Shown here: positions 16,491-25,435 of the stretch, piece after piece
Layout of the letters: each line of letters opens with the position of its first letter
How positions within the stretch are numbered: the first letter of the stretch is position 1
DNA from: Candidatus Binataceae bacterium
Lineage (GTDB): Bacteria; Desulfobacterota; Binatia; Binatales; Binataceae
Length of the DNA stretch: 45,116 nt
Direction of reading: 5' to 3'
NCBI GenBank assembly: GCA_030037595.1
Contig: JASHQJ010000084.1
Span: forward strand, 1 to 45,116
Made by a program: the position numbers and the translations under genes
Notes under the pieces: generated by a model
Told to the model about the DNA's origin: nothing
Databases searched by the model: none
What the model saw: the letters and a program-made list of their open reading frames with translations, nothing else

Positions 16491-17112
16491 TCACGCTTGC
16501 GCCTCTAACCGTGCCCTTGCACGATCCGGTCGGATCAATGTCCGGCACTATGAAGCCGCGAAATGACCCTCGTTGGAATTCTCGTTCCGGCGAGAACCCA
16601 TGCATTGTGAGCAATATACCGGTGCCGTTCGATGCGACCCACTTGACGTGGCGAGCGCTTGCGCAGAAGTTCCGACTCTTTGATAACATCATGCATACGC
16701 CGCGCAGAGGTAGCAGGCTATATCGGCCGCCGATGACGCTGCGGACTCGTTCCGACTCCGGTTCGCAAAAGTAAACTTCTCGCTTAAGGACGTACAGAAT
16801 AAGTTCGGACCAAGGTTGTTCGCGGTATTTACTCAGCTCGCGTGCGACCTTGCGAAGGTGCTGGAGCGGGACCTTGTGCTCCCGCCGTAGTATTCCTAGC
16901 GTCCGCAGTCCGACTACATCTTTGAACGAATATACTCGACTGAAGGACTACGTTTATTGGGCGAGGCATAGCGCGGTTTTAAAAAATCCGTTCTCGTCCC
17001 AGTAATGGAGCTGTCGATGAGACAACCAGTTAGAGGAACTACATGATTTGCGCTGAATGCCCGGATTGCGACTTCTATGCCGTCGCTCCACTCTGCAGCG
17101 ATACGAGATCAA
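16491..17112 (-). pseudogene. VapB45-like HTH + DUF433 antitoxin gene, disrupted
   Basis: The minus-strand frame reads ...NWLSHRQLHYWDENGFFKTALCLAQ * T * SFSRVYSFKDVVGLRTLGILRREHKVPLQHLRKVARELSKYREQPWSELILYVLKREVYFCEPESERVRSVIGGRYSLL.... Two in-frame stops interrupt it (TAA 16954-16956, TAG 16948-16950). Only a degenerate DUF433 core remains (DIDPTGSCKGTVRGASV). The C-terminal end (ARLEAQA, then stop at 16491) is in a different frame. It lies 13 nt upstream of the DUF5615 relic. Confidence 0.4.
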
Positions 17113-17539
17113 AATAGGTGTTTAGTCGACCACACCCCCTTTGCTGCGACGCGGAATCGACGGCAATCTTCACTGAGGCCAATAAGAAGCGACGGATTCT
17201 GCTGAGACGACGTCAACGCTGGCTCGCCGTCAAATTCTACGTCAAGAGGTTCAATTTTGTCTTGATCTTCGCGCGCGAGCGTATCACGCGACCGTCCTTA
17301 CCCTCCACTGCTTACGCCGGTAAGGGATCAGCTGCAGGTCCGGTCTTAAATCCAGTTCCAGATACGGCGTCGATCACGGATCCGGCGACCCGATCGGCAT
17401 TGTGCTCTTCACACTCATCGCATTACACGTACAGATGCAGTCTACCTGGCCGATTAACGCGGCCGCGCACAACCTGTGATAACTTCATGTCCGCCCCCAG
17501 GGTCGATGCGCCGGAGGACGACCCGAGCCGCTGAGCGTC

Positions 17540-18691
17540 GTGACGAAATACCTGAATTTGATACTGAAGAACCTGTTTCGGAATCGACGCCGCACTGTGC
17601 TGACGATTCTCTCTATCGCGGTTTCGATCTTCATCTTCTCGGCATTGGCCGCCGTTCCCACCGCAGTCAACCAGGTGTTGTCCAATGTCGCGTCTTCACG
17701 CCGCCTAGTCGTACACAACAAGGCCGGCTTGCCGTACGGGCTGCCTCCCGCCTATCTGCCAAAGATCCTGGCGCTGCCGCACGTCGAAGCGGCCGTGTCG
17801 CAGTCCTGGTACGGCGGCATCTATCACGAGACGACCGATCAGTTTCCCAATTGGACGCTGGACCCCGACCGGGTTGAGAAGGTGTTTTCCGATTGGGGCG
17901 TTTCAGAAGAGAGCTGGCGCGATTTCAAACTTGAGCGGCGCGCGTGCCTGGTCGGACCCGAAACGATGAAGCGGTTCCATTTCAAGGTTGGGCAGCAGAT
18001 CATGCTTCGCCCGTCGATTCCCTCGTACCCGGAGGTGCAACTGGAAATCGTCGGTATTCTGGGCCGCAAGGCTCCGCCCGATATCCTGGTATTTCGCCGC
18101 GACTATCTGCAGGAGGCACTCAAGGCAGCGACCGGTCAAGCCCCGTTCACAGACTCGATGTGGGTGATGCCTGACAGCGACGCTACAACCTCGCAGGTGG
18201 CCAAGGAAATTGACGAGTACTTCGCAAACTCGTCGGCCGAAACCCAAACCGAATCGGAGAAGGCCTTCTTCGCGAGCTTCCTCAGCAACTACCGGTTGAT
18301 ATTCGAGCTGGCAGAATGGCTGGGATTGATAGTGGTAGTGACCATAGGTCTGGTCGCCGCCAACACCGCCTCGATGTCGATCCGCGAGCGGCGCGGCGAA
18401 ATCGCGCTGATGCGATCGCTCGGGTTTCCCTCGTACAGCATTCTCTGGATGCTCCTCGCCGAGTCGGCTGCGATAGCCATATTCGGTGGAACAATCGGAT
18501 GCGTGGGGGCTTTGCTTCTGCTCAACGGCGCCCGGCTTGGCGGCCTGGGACCGTTGAGTACGATCAGGATGCCGCCGGTGGTAATAGGCGAAGCGATGGT
18601 GATTGCCGTTGGCATCGGCTTCTTGAGCGCGTGGGTTCCCGCGCGTTCCGCCGCCCGTCGAAATATCGTCGATACGCTTCGGGCAATTTGA
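17540..18691 (+). CDS. ABC transporter permease, FtsX/MacB/LolCE type
   Basis: 383 aa. The N-terminus is LILKNLFRNRRRTVLTILSIAVSIFIF, a typical FtsX-family TM1. A periplasmic domain of about 200 aa follows, then three C-terminal TM helices with the SIRERRGEIALMRSLGF motif. The start is GTG. No ATPase gene is adjacent. Confidence 0.85.
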   Translation: MTKYLNLILKNLFRNRRRTVLTILSIAVSIFIFSALAAVPTAVNQVLSNVASSRRLVVHNKAGLPYGLPPAYLPKILALPHVEAAVSQSWYGGIYHETTDQFPNWTLDPDRVEKVFSDWGVSEESWRDFKLERRACLVGPETMKRFHFKVGQQIMLRPSIPSYPEVQLEIVGILGRKAPPDILVFRRDYLQEALKAATGQAPFTDSMWVMPDSDATTSQVAKEIDEYFANSSAETQTESEKAFFASFLSNYRLIFELAEWLGLIVVVTIGLVAANTASMSIRERRGEIALMRSLGFPSYSILWMLLAESAAIAIFGGTIGCVGALLLLNGARLGGLGPLSTIRMPPVVIGEAMVIAVGIGFLSAWVPARSAARRNIVDTLRAI

Positions 18692-18746
18692 TCCCTGGGC
18701 GCCCGCGGCCAGCCCCGAGGGCGCGGTGATTTGTTGATCGCGGCCG

Positions 18747-18989
18747 ATGAACGCTCGCTTGGCAATCGCGCTCGCAGTTTCAGGCCGTTGTGTAGCGGCC
18801 TGCAACAACACGTACGAGCGCCCGTGGTACCTCATGACGCCGCCAAACAACGCCAAAAAGGAGCCGGACCTAGGAGCTCCGTTATCCAAGTGGGAACGTG
18901 AAGAAACCTCTACCAGCCATACAGATTGCAGTCGGGAAGGTTTCAAACGGGAAAAGTTGGAAAATGATTCGCGGGCTCATGAGATGTAA
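18747..18989 (+). CDS. small putative lipoprotein
   Basis: MNARLAIALAVSGRCVAAC has a signal peptide with a lipobox-like VAAC. The mature part (ERPWYLMTPP...DLGAPLSKWE...C) resembles small conserved secreted proteins, but I cannot name a family. Confidence 0.4.
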   Translation: MNARLAIALAVSGRCVAACNNTYERPWYLMTPPNNAKKEPDLGAPLSKWEREETSTSHTDCSREGFKREKLENDSRAHEM

Positions 18990-19155
18990 TGTTGGGTGGG
19001 GAATGGCTCTGCATTTCGGCGGACGATCCGTGCCTGGCAAAGTAGTAACTGAATAGTCCGCGACGCACATTAGTTCCCAATCGTCACTTGAGAACCGCCG
19101 CCAGTCGAACGCAACAACATAACGCCTTAGTCGATGATTTCTCACAGTATTCCCC

Positions 19156-19371
19156 ATGGCGACCATGCTCCAATACATGGAAAACGCGTTGAATCACGCG
19201 CAGTACGAGAAGATGGAAAAGGGGGAGTGGTTTGCCACCATGCCCGGCCTTTCAGGCTTGTGGGCAAGCGGGAAGACGATCGAAGAGGCGCGCAAAGGTC
19301 TGGTCGAGGCACTCGACGGATGGATTGAAGTGTCCACCAAGTCCGGATATCGAATCCCCGACATCGACTAG
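19156..19371 (+). CDS. hicB: HicB-family antitoxin (UPF0150 fold), no intact hicA partner
   Basis: The 71-aa protein reads YEKMEKGEWFATMPGLSGLWASGKTIEEARKGLVEALDGWIEV. This matches the HicB N-terminal domain pattern (Y.A..P.L.G....G.T.EEA...l.EAl..w). Confidence 0.7.
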   Translation: MATMLQYMENALNHAQYEKMEKGEWFATMPGLSGLWASGKTIEEARKGLVEALDGWIEVSTKSGYRIPDID

Positions 19372-19391
19372 TACATCAAGCTCCCAAATCG

Positions 19392-20867
19392 TCACTCGAG
19401 CACAGTCGCGAGGCGGCGGATGCCTTCGGCGATCTCTTTTTCGGTGAGCGACGCATACCCGATGAGCAATCCGAGGTGCGCGGGGGGCGTCGCGTAGAAG
19501 GACGTCACCGGGTAAACGCCGACTCCCACCTCGCGTGCACGCTGGCGAATCTCGCGGCCACGGCCGTTCGCAATGTCGCGGAACCATAGCAGCACGTGCA
19601 GCCCGCCCTGCGCACCGCGAACTTCCGCACGCGCGCCGAAGCAGCGCGCAACCGCCTCGAGCACCGCCGCACGCCTCGACGCATTGCGGGCGCGTGAGCG
19701 CCGCAAATGACGCTCGAAGTGGCCCTCGCGGATGAAGTCGAGTAGCGCAAGCTGCGGCAGCATCGGACTCCCCGTATCTAGCAGCCCCTTGACCGCCCGA
19801 AACGGCTCCACGAGCGGCTCAGGCAGCGCGAGATATCCCATGCGCAAAGCGGGGAACATCACCTTCGACAGCGTTGAGGCGTAGATCACGCGGCCCTGGT
19901 CGTCGAGCGCCTGCAGCGCTTCGATCGGGCGGCCGCTGTAACGGAACTCGCTGTCGTAGTCGTCCTCGAAGATGAACGCTCCCGTTTTGCGGGACCATGC
20001 GAGCAGCTCGAGCCGCCGCCCGAGCGGCATCGTCGCGCCGGTCGGAAACTGATGCGACGGCGTCACAAATAGGAGCCGCGCCGCGCCATGCCTGCCACCC
20101 AGCGCACCGACATCGAGGCCTTGCTCGTCCACATCCAGCGTCGCGATACGCGCGCCGGCGGCGGAAGCGACAGCCCATGCGCCGCGATAGTGCGGCTCCT
20201 CGAGGATCACGCGATCCCCCGGCTCGATCAGCACCCGCGCCGCGAGATCGAGCGCCTGCTGCGAGCCGTTGATGATCATCACCTGCTCGGCGTTGCAGGC
20301 GACGGCGCGCGCGCGGCCGAGGTAATCTGCGATCGCCTCGCGGAGTTCCGCGATTCCCTCGGGCGGGCCGTAGTCGAGATCGCGCAATGAGGCACGCCTA
20401 AGCCGCCGCACCACGATTCGGCTCCAGATCTCATGCGGAAAATCGATGAACGACGGCCGCCCGTAGCGAAAATCGTACGGCAACTGCGGATATCGCACGT
20501 CCCAGCGGAGCGACACACGACGCGTCTCCGCCATCGCGCGCGAGGCATACGAGGTGAGACGCAGCGCTGCGCCGCTCGCGGCTGCATGCCGGGCGGGAGC
20601 GCGGCCGGCGACCGTAGTCAGATGCTCGGGCAGCTCAGAAGCGACAAACGTGCCGGAGCCGTGCCGCGCCGTCAGGTAGCCTTCAGCGAGGAGCTGCTCG
20701 TAGGCGAGGATCGCGATATTGCGCGACACTCCGAGCTCGCTCGCAAGCGCGCGCGTCGCGGGAACACGCATGCCGGGATGCAATCGCCCGTTCAGGATCT
20801 CCGCGCGCATCGCGCGGTAGACTCTGCCGTAGAGCGGACCTTCGAGACGATCGATTCTAAGCAGCAT
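19392..20867 (-). CDS. MocR/PdxR/GabR-type regulator (GntR HTH fused to a fold-type I aminotransferase domain)
   Basis: 491 aa. The N-terminal region is LYGRVYRAMRAEILNGRLHPGMRVPATRALASELGVSRNIAILAYEQLLAEGYLTARHGSGTFV. The remainder is aminotransferase class I/II-like (YGPPEG...LFVTPSHQFPTGATM...DDYDSEFRY...IYASTLSKVMFPALRMGY). Confidence 0.9.
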   Translation of the reverse strand: MLLRIDRLEGPLYGRVYRAMRAEILNGRLHPGMRVPATRALASELGVSRNIAILAYEQLLAEGYLTARHGSGTFVASELPEHLTTVAGRAPARHAAASGAALRLTSYASRAMAETRRVSLRWDVRYPQLPYDFRYGRPSFIDFPHEIWSRIVVRRLRRASLRDLDYGPPEGIAELREAIADYLGRARAVACNAEQVMIINGSQQALDLAARVLIEPGDRVILEEPHYRGAWAVASAAGARIATLDVDEQGLDVGALGGRHGAARLLFVTPSHQFPTGATMPLGRRLELLAWSRKTGAFIFEDDYDSEFRYSGRPIEALQALDDQGRVIYASTLSKVMFPALRMGYLALPEPLVEPFRAVKGLLDTGSPMLPQLALLDFIREGHFERHLRRSRARNASRRAAVLEAVARCFGARAEVRGAQGGLHVLLWFRDIANGRGREIRQRAREVGVGVYPVTSFYATPPAHLGLLIGYASLTEKEIAEGIRRLATVLE

Positions 20868-21027
20868 ATGCGCTCTGGTTGCGTCCGGTGATCGAGTGGA
20901 TTAGGTGTCGATTCAGCGGACTTCGTGACGGGCGGCGCGGTTTTCGCGGCGCCGGATGTGGATCCATAAAAAGACCAAAATTCCGCCATCACGCAAGTCC
21001 TGCTGATTTCACCCCGAGGAGACCGCC

Positions 21028-21663
21028 GTGATGATGACACTTTGCTATTTTCCCGGCGCCTGCTCGCTCGCCTCGCATATCGTGCTCGAGGAATCGGGTG
21101 CGAAATTCGAGCTTCGCAAGATAGATTTTGCGACTAGCGAGCAGCGCAGCGATTCGTACCTCAAGATCAATCCCAACGGGCGCGTGCCGGCGCTGATCCT
21201 CGACGACGGCCGCGCGCTGTTCGAGAACATCGGCATGATGACCTACGTCGCGCGCACCAATCCGGGCGCGAACCTGATCCCGCGCGAGCCGTTCGCAGAG
21301 GCGCGATGCCATTCGCTGATGTCGTTCTTCGCGAGCAGCGTGCACGTGGCGTGGGCGCATAACGCTCGGCCCGAGCGCTACGCCTCCGACACCGCGGCGC
21401 ATCCAAATCTTCGCGAGGTAGCGCGCCAATCGTTCCTCAACTATCTGCAGATGATTGACGGATGGCTCGCGGGCCGCGAATGGCTGCTCGATCAGTACTC
21501 GGTCTGCGATCCTTACGCGCTGGTGCTCTATAGCTGGGGCGTGCGCGGCGAGCTGCCGGTGAAGGATTTGAACAATTTCACCGCGCACAAGGATCGGATG
21601 CTCAAGCGGCCGGCCGCGCGCAGGGCGCTCGAACGCGAAGATAACGTGTTAATCAAATCCTAG
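21028..21663 (+). CDS. glutathione S-transferase family protein
   Basis: TLCYFPGACSLASHIVLEESGAKFELRKIDFATSEQRSDSYLKINPNGRVPALILDDG is a beta/GstA-like GST N-terminal domain. Alternative starts lie at 21031 and 21034 (ATG). GAGGAG lies upstream. Confidence 0.85.
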   Translation: MMMTLCYFPGACSLASHIVLEESGAKFELRKIDFATSEQRSDSYLKINPNGRVPALILDDGRALFENIGMMTYVARTNPGANLIPREPFAEARCHSLMSFFASSVHVAWAHNARPERYASDTAAHPNLREVARQSFLNYLQMIDGWLAGREWLLDQYSVCDPYALVLYSWGVRGELPVKDLNNFTAHKDRMLKRPAARRALEREDNVLIKS

Positions 21664-21718
21664 AAGTCAAACTGAGTAATCAACTGACTATTCAAGTCGC
21701 GAGCAGGACGAGCAGAAA

Positions 21719-22660
21719 ATGGAATATCGGAATCTCGGCAATTCAGGACTCCAGGTTTCTCTCATCGGTCTCGGATGCAACAACTTCGGCATGAAATGCA
21801 GCGCCGAGGAGACCCGCGCGATCGTGCATCGCGCGCTCGACGAGGGCGTGACGCTGTTTGACACCGCAGATATCTACGGCAATCGCGGGACGTCAGAGGA
21901 TTTCCTGGGCAAGGCGCTCGGCGAACGGCGTAAAGAGATATTGGTCGCGACCAAGTTCGGAATGGCGATGGGCGACGGACCGTACATGCACGGCGCCTCG
22001 CGCCGGTACATCATGGCGGCGGTGGAGGCGAGCTTAAAGCGTCTCGGCACTGACTATATAGATCTCTACCAACTGCATGCGCCCGATGCGGAGACGCCGC
22101 AGCAGGAAACGCTCGAAGCGCTGACTGACCTGGTGCATGCGGGCAAGGTCCGTTATATCGGCTCGAGCAACTTCGCCGGATGGCAGGTGGCGGAGGCGGC
22201 GTGTATCTCGCGCAGCTCAGGACTCGCGCCCTATGTCTCGGCGCAGAACCATTACAATCTGCTCGAGCGCCGCGTCGAACGCGAGCTGGTGCCGGCGTGC
22301 AAACAATTCGGCGTTGGTATCCTGCCCTACTTTCCGCTCGCGAGCGGCTTCCTGACCGGCAAATATCGCAAGGGCACGGAGCTGCCCAAGGGTGCGCGGC
22401 TCACGCTGATGAAGCGGATGGCCGATCAATGGTTGACCGAAGAGAATCATCAGACCGTCGGCAAGCTGAGTGATTTCGCTGAGAGTCACGGTCACTCGCT
22501 GCTTGAGCTTGCGATGAGCTGGCTCGCGTCGAATCCGCAGGTATCGAGCGTGATCTCGGGCGCGACCAGTCCGCAGCAGGTCACCGACAACGTGAAGGCG
22601 GGAGGATGGAAGCTGACTGCCGACGAAATGGCCGAGGTTGACAAGCTGGCGCGGCACTGA
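21719..22660 (+). CDS. aldo/keto reductase
   Basis: MEYRNLGNSGLQVSLIGLGCNNFG...LFDTADIYGNRGTSEDFLGKAL...ATKFG...IDLYQLHAPD...YIGSSNF is the classical AKR pattern. Confidence 0.9.
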   Translation: MEYRNLGNSGLQVSLIGLGCNNFGMKCSAEETRAIVHRALDEGVTLFDTADIYGNRGTSEDFLGKALGERRKEILVATKFGMAMGDGPYMHGASRRYIMAAVEASLKRLGTDYIDLYQLHAPDAETPQQETLEALTDLVHAGKVRYIGSSNFAGWQVAEAACISRSSGLAPYVSAQNHYNLLERRVERELVPACKQFGVGILPYFPLASGFLTGKYRKGTELPKGARLTLMKRMADQWLTEENHQTVGKLSDFAESHGHSLLELAMSWLASNPQVSSVISGATSPQQVTDNVKAGGWKLTADEMAEVDKLARH

Positions 22661-22672
22661 GCCGCCGCCGGC

Positions 22673-25123
22673 TCAGGCCGGAGTCAGTCCCCAAATATCG
22701 CGCGCGTACTCGGCGACCGTCCGATCGCTGGAGAAATATCCAATGCGCGCGATATTGAGTATCACTTTGCGATTCCAGACTTCTTCTTGAATATACTGCC
22801 GCGCGATCTCCGACTGAGTATCGGCGTAAGAACCGAAATCCGCCATCAGAAAGTATTCATCGCGCTCCAAGAGCAAGTCGCGGATCCAGCGAAACAGGCC
22901 TGGCTCCTTGGGACAGAATCGGTCCGACGCGAGCGTATCGAGCACACGCTTCAATCTCGGATCACTCTCGTAGCACTGGCGCGGATTATAGTTTCGATTC
23001 TTCTGGCATTCCTCGATCTGCTCCGCAGTCAGGCCGAAGATAAATATGCTATCCGGGCCAACGGCCTTCCTGATCTCGATATTGGCGCCATCCAACGTGC
23101 CTATAGTCAGTGCGCCGTTCATCGCGAACTTCATGTTGCCGGTGCCTGACGCTTCGCGTCCGGCGGTTGATATTTGTTCCGACACGTCGGCGGCGGGAAT
23201 GATCTTCTCGGCCAGCGAAACGCGGTAATCGGGCAGGAATGCAACCTTGATTAGCCCGCGCGTGCGAACATCCGAATTGATCACGTCGCCCAGGTTGTTA
23301 ATCAACTTGATAATCATCTTGGCCGCCCAGTAGCCGGGCGCGGCCTTGCCCGCCATCAGGTATGCGCGGGGATTAGCCGGCTCGATGCCGTCTTCGACGA
23401 TCTGCAGGTATTGGTGAACGATGCCGAGCGCCATCAGCAACTGGCGCTTGTACTCGTGGATGCGCTTGGCCTGCACGTCGAACATCGCCTCGGGATCGAT
23501 ATCGACCGCGGAGATCCGATTTACGATTCGCGCGAGGCGCTCCTTGTTTACGCGCTTGATCGCGCTGATCCGCGCCTGCAGCTCGGCATTGTCCGCAAGC
23601 GGCTCGAGCTCGCGCAGTTGCTGGAGGTCTGTCGCCCAGCCGGAGCCGATCGTGGCGTCGAGCAGGTTGGCGAGCCCCGGATTCGCCATCAGGAGCCAGC
23701 GCCGCTGCGTCACGCCGTTGGTCTTGTTGCTGAAGCGCTCGGGCCAGAGTTTATAAAAATCCGGGACGAGCCTGGTCTTCAGCAGCTCGGAATGAAGTTC
23801 CGAGACGCCATTCACCGAATGGCTACCGACGATCGCAAGGTTCGCCATCCGCACGTGCCCGTCGTAACCTTCCTCGACAATCGTGACGCGTCGCGAGAGC
23901 TCGTGATCGCTCGTCGAGAGCATCGCGACATGACCAAGAAAGCGCCGGTTGATTTCGTAGATGATTTGCAGATGTCGCGGCACGACGCGCTCGAGCAGGC
24001 TTATCGGCCATCGCTCGAGCGCCTCAGGCAGGAGAGTATGGTTGGTGTACGCGACGGTAGAGCGCGTAACTTCCCACGCCACTTCCCAGTTCAGATCGTA
24101 CTCATCGACCAGCAGCCGCATAATTTCCGCGATCGCCAGTGAGGGATGAGTATCGTTAAGTTGAATCGCGACCTTCGACGGCAGCTCGCGGAAATCCTCT
24201 TCACCGCGCCGCAGATAGGTGCGCAGGATATCGCGTATCGCGCAGGCGGCGAAAAAGTATTCCTGCAGCAGTCGGAGCTCACGGCCGGCCTGCACCGCGT
24301 CGGACGGGTAGAGCACGCGTGACACCGTCTCCGAGACCATCTTCTGCTCGACAGCCTTCAGGTAGTCTCCCGCGTTGAAGATCTGCATGTCGAACTCGTC
24401 CGACGCGCTGGCCGCGAAGAGCCGGACGTAGTTGACCGTGCGGCCGCCGAACCCTGCGATCGGCAGATCGGACGGCATCCCGACCAGCACCCGTCGATCG
24501 ACCCACGACGGCGTGTACTCGCCCTTGCGATCGATGCGATGCTCGATGCGGCCATAGACCGGGACCTGACAGGCTTCCTCGGGACGCGCGATAAGCCACG
24601 GCGAGCGCTCGCGCTGCCAACTGTCGGGCCGCTCGATTTGTTGCCCGTCGCGGATTTCCTGGCGGAACAATCCGAACTCATAGTTGATGCCGTAGGCGTA
24701 GCCCGGCATGTCCATCGTCGCCAGCGAATCGAGGAAGCATGCGGCGAGCCGGCCGAGGCCGCCGTTACCGAGCGCGGCGTCGGGCTCCTCGTCAAACAGC
24801 ACGCGCAGATCGACGCCCGAGTCGGCAAGAAAGTCGCGGCATTCATCGATGATGCCGAGATTGAAGAGATTGTTCTCGAGCGAGCGGCCGATCAGGAATT
24901 CGAGTGACAGGTAGTAAAGTTTTTTTGCATTGACTCGATCGAAGCGCGCGCGCGTCGTGAGCATCTTTTCGACCAGCATGTCGCGCACCACCAGCGCGGT
25001 CGCCTGGTACCAGTCGTGGCGAGACAGATCCTGGCGGCGCTTCGCCAGCGTGAACCGCACGTGATGGTCGATGAGCGATTTGAAGAGGTTGCGGTTGGAA
25101 TCCGAAATCGGAGGAACAGCCAT
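22673..25123 (-). CDS. glgP: glycogen/alpha-glucan phosphorylase
   Basis: The PLP-site signature EQISTAGREASGTGNMKFAMNGALTIGTLDGANIEI is present, with family-wide similarity throughout. I placed the start at ATG 25123 (MAVPPISD...). The track start, GTG 25153, is an alternative. Confidence 0.9.
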   Translation of the reverse strand: MAVPPISDSNRNLFKSLIDHHVRFTLAKRRQDLSRHDWYQATALVVRDMLVEKMLTTRARFDRVNAKKLYYLSLEFLIGRSLENNLFNLGIIDECRDFLADSGVDLRVLFDEEPDAALGNGGLGRLAACFLDSLATMDMPGYAYGINYEFGLFRQEIRDGQQIERPDSWQRERSPWLIARPEEACQVPVYGRIEHRIDRKGEYTPSWVDRRVLVGMPSDLPIAGFGGRTVNYVRLFAASASDEFDMQIFNAGDYLKAVEQKMVSETVSRVLYPSDAVQAGRELRLLQEYFFAACAIRDILRTYLRRGEEDFRELPSKVAIQLNDTHPSLAIAEIMRLLVDEYDLNWEVAWEVTRSTVAYTNHTLLPEALERWPISLLERVVPRHLQIIYEINRRFLGHVAMLSTSDHELSRRVTIVEEGYDGHVRMANLAIVGSHSVNGVSELHSELLKTRLVPDFYKLWPERFSNKTNGVTQRRWLLMANPGLANLLDATIGSGWATDLQQLRELEPLADNAELQARISAIKRVNKERLARIVNRISAVDIDPEAMFDVQAKRIHEYKRQLLMALGIVHQYLQIVEDGIEPANPRAYLMAGKAAPGYWAAKMIIKLINNLGDVINSDVRTRGLIKVAFLPDYRVSLAEKIIPAADVSEQISTAGREASGTGNMKFAMNGALTIGTLDGANIEIRKAVGPDSIFIFGLTAEQIEECQKNRNYNPRQCYESDPRLKRVLDTLASDRFCPKEPGLFRWIRDLLLERDEYFLMADFGSYADTQSEIARQYIQEEVWNRKVILNIARIGYFSSDRTVAEYARDIWGLTPA

Positions 25124-25435
25124 CCTTAATTCAATCCTGCCAGAAACGCACACCGCGGCACATCACGCGGCCCGAGGTCGTCAAGTCCAGTGCCGATTTC
25201 GTCGCGCGTTGAAGGATGAACGGTCGATCGTTCCCCGCCGCTCCGCTTCCATCTGCTAATCTGCACCGGATAGGCGTCGTTTTCCAGTCAGCGCGCTGCG
25301 ATTTATCCACGATCGTCGCTAACAGTTTCGCCGAGCTATCGCCAACGCGGTTGGTGAAATTTGACGATTGCAAAACTGACGCGTGCGCGAGAACTAAGTT
25401 GGGCACAACCCGGCGCACGCGGTACAGTCGAGCGT

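Noticed and set aside
17903-18946. 347-aa minus-strand ORF opposite the FtsX permease
   Set aside because: It is an antisense artefact with an Arg/Gly/His-rich translation. The plus-strand frame has clear TM topology and FtsX motifs.
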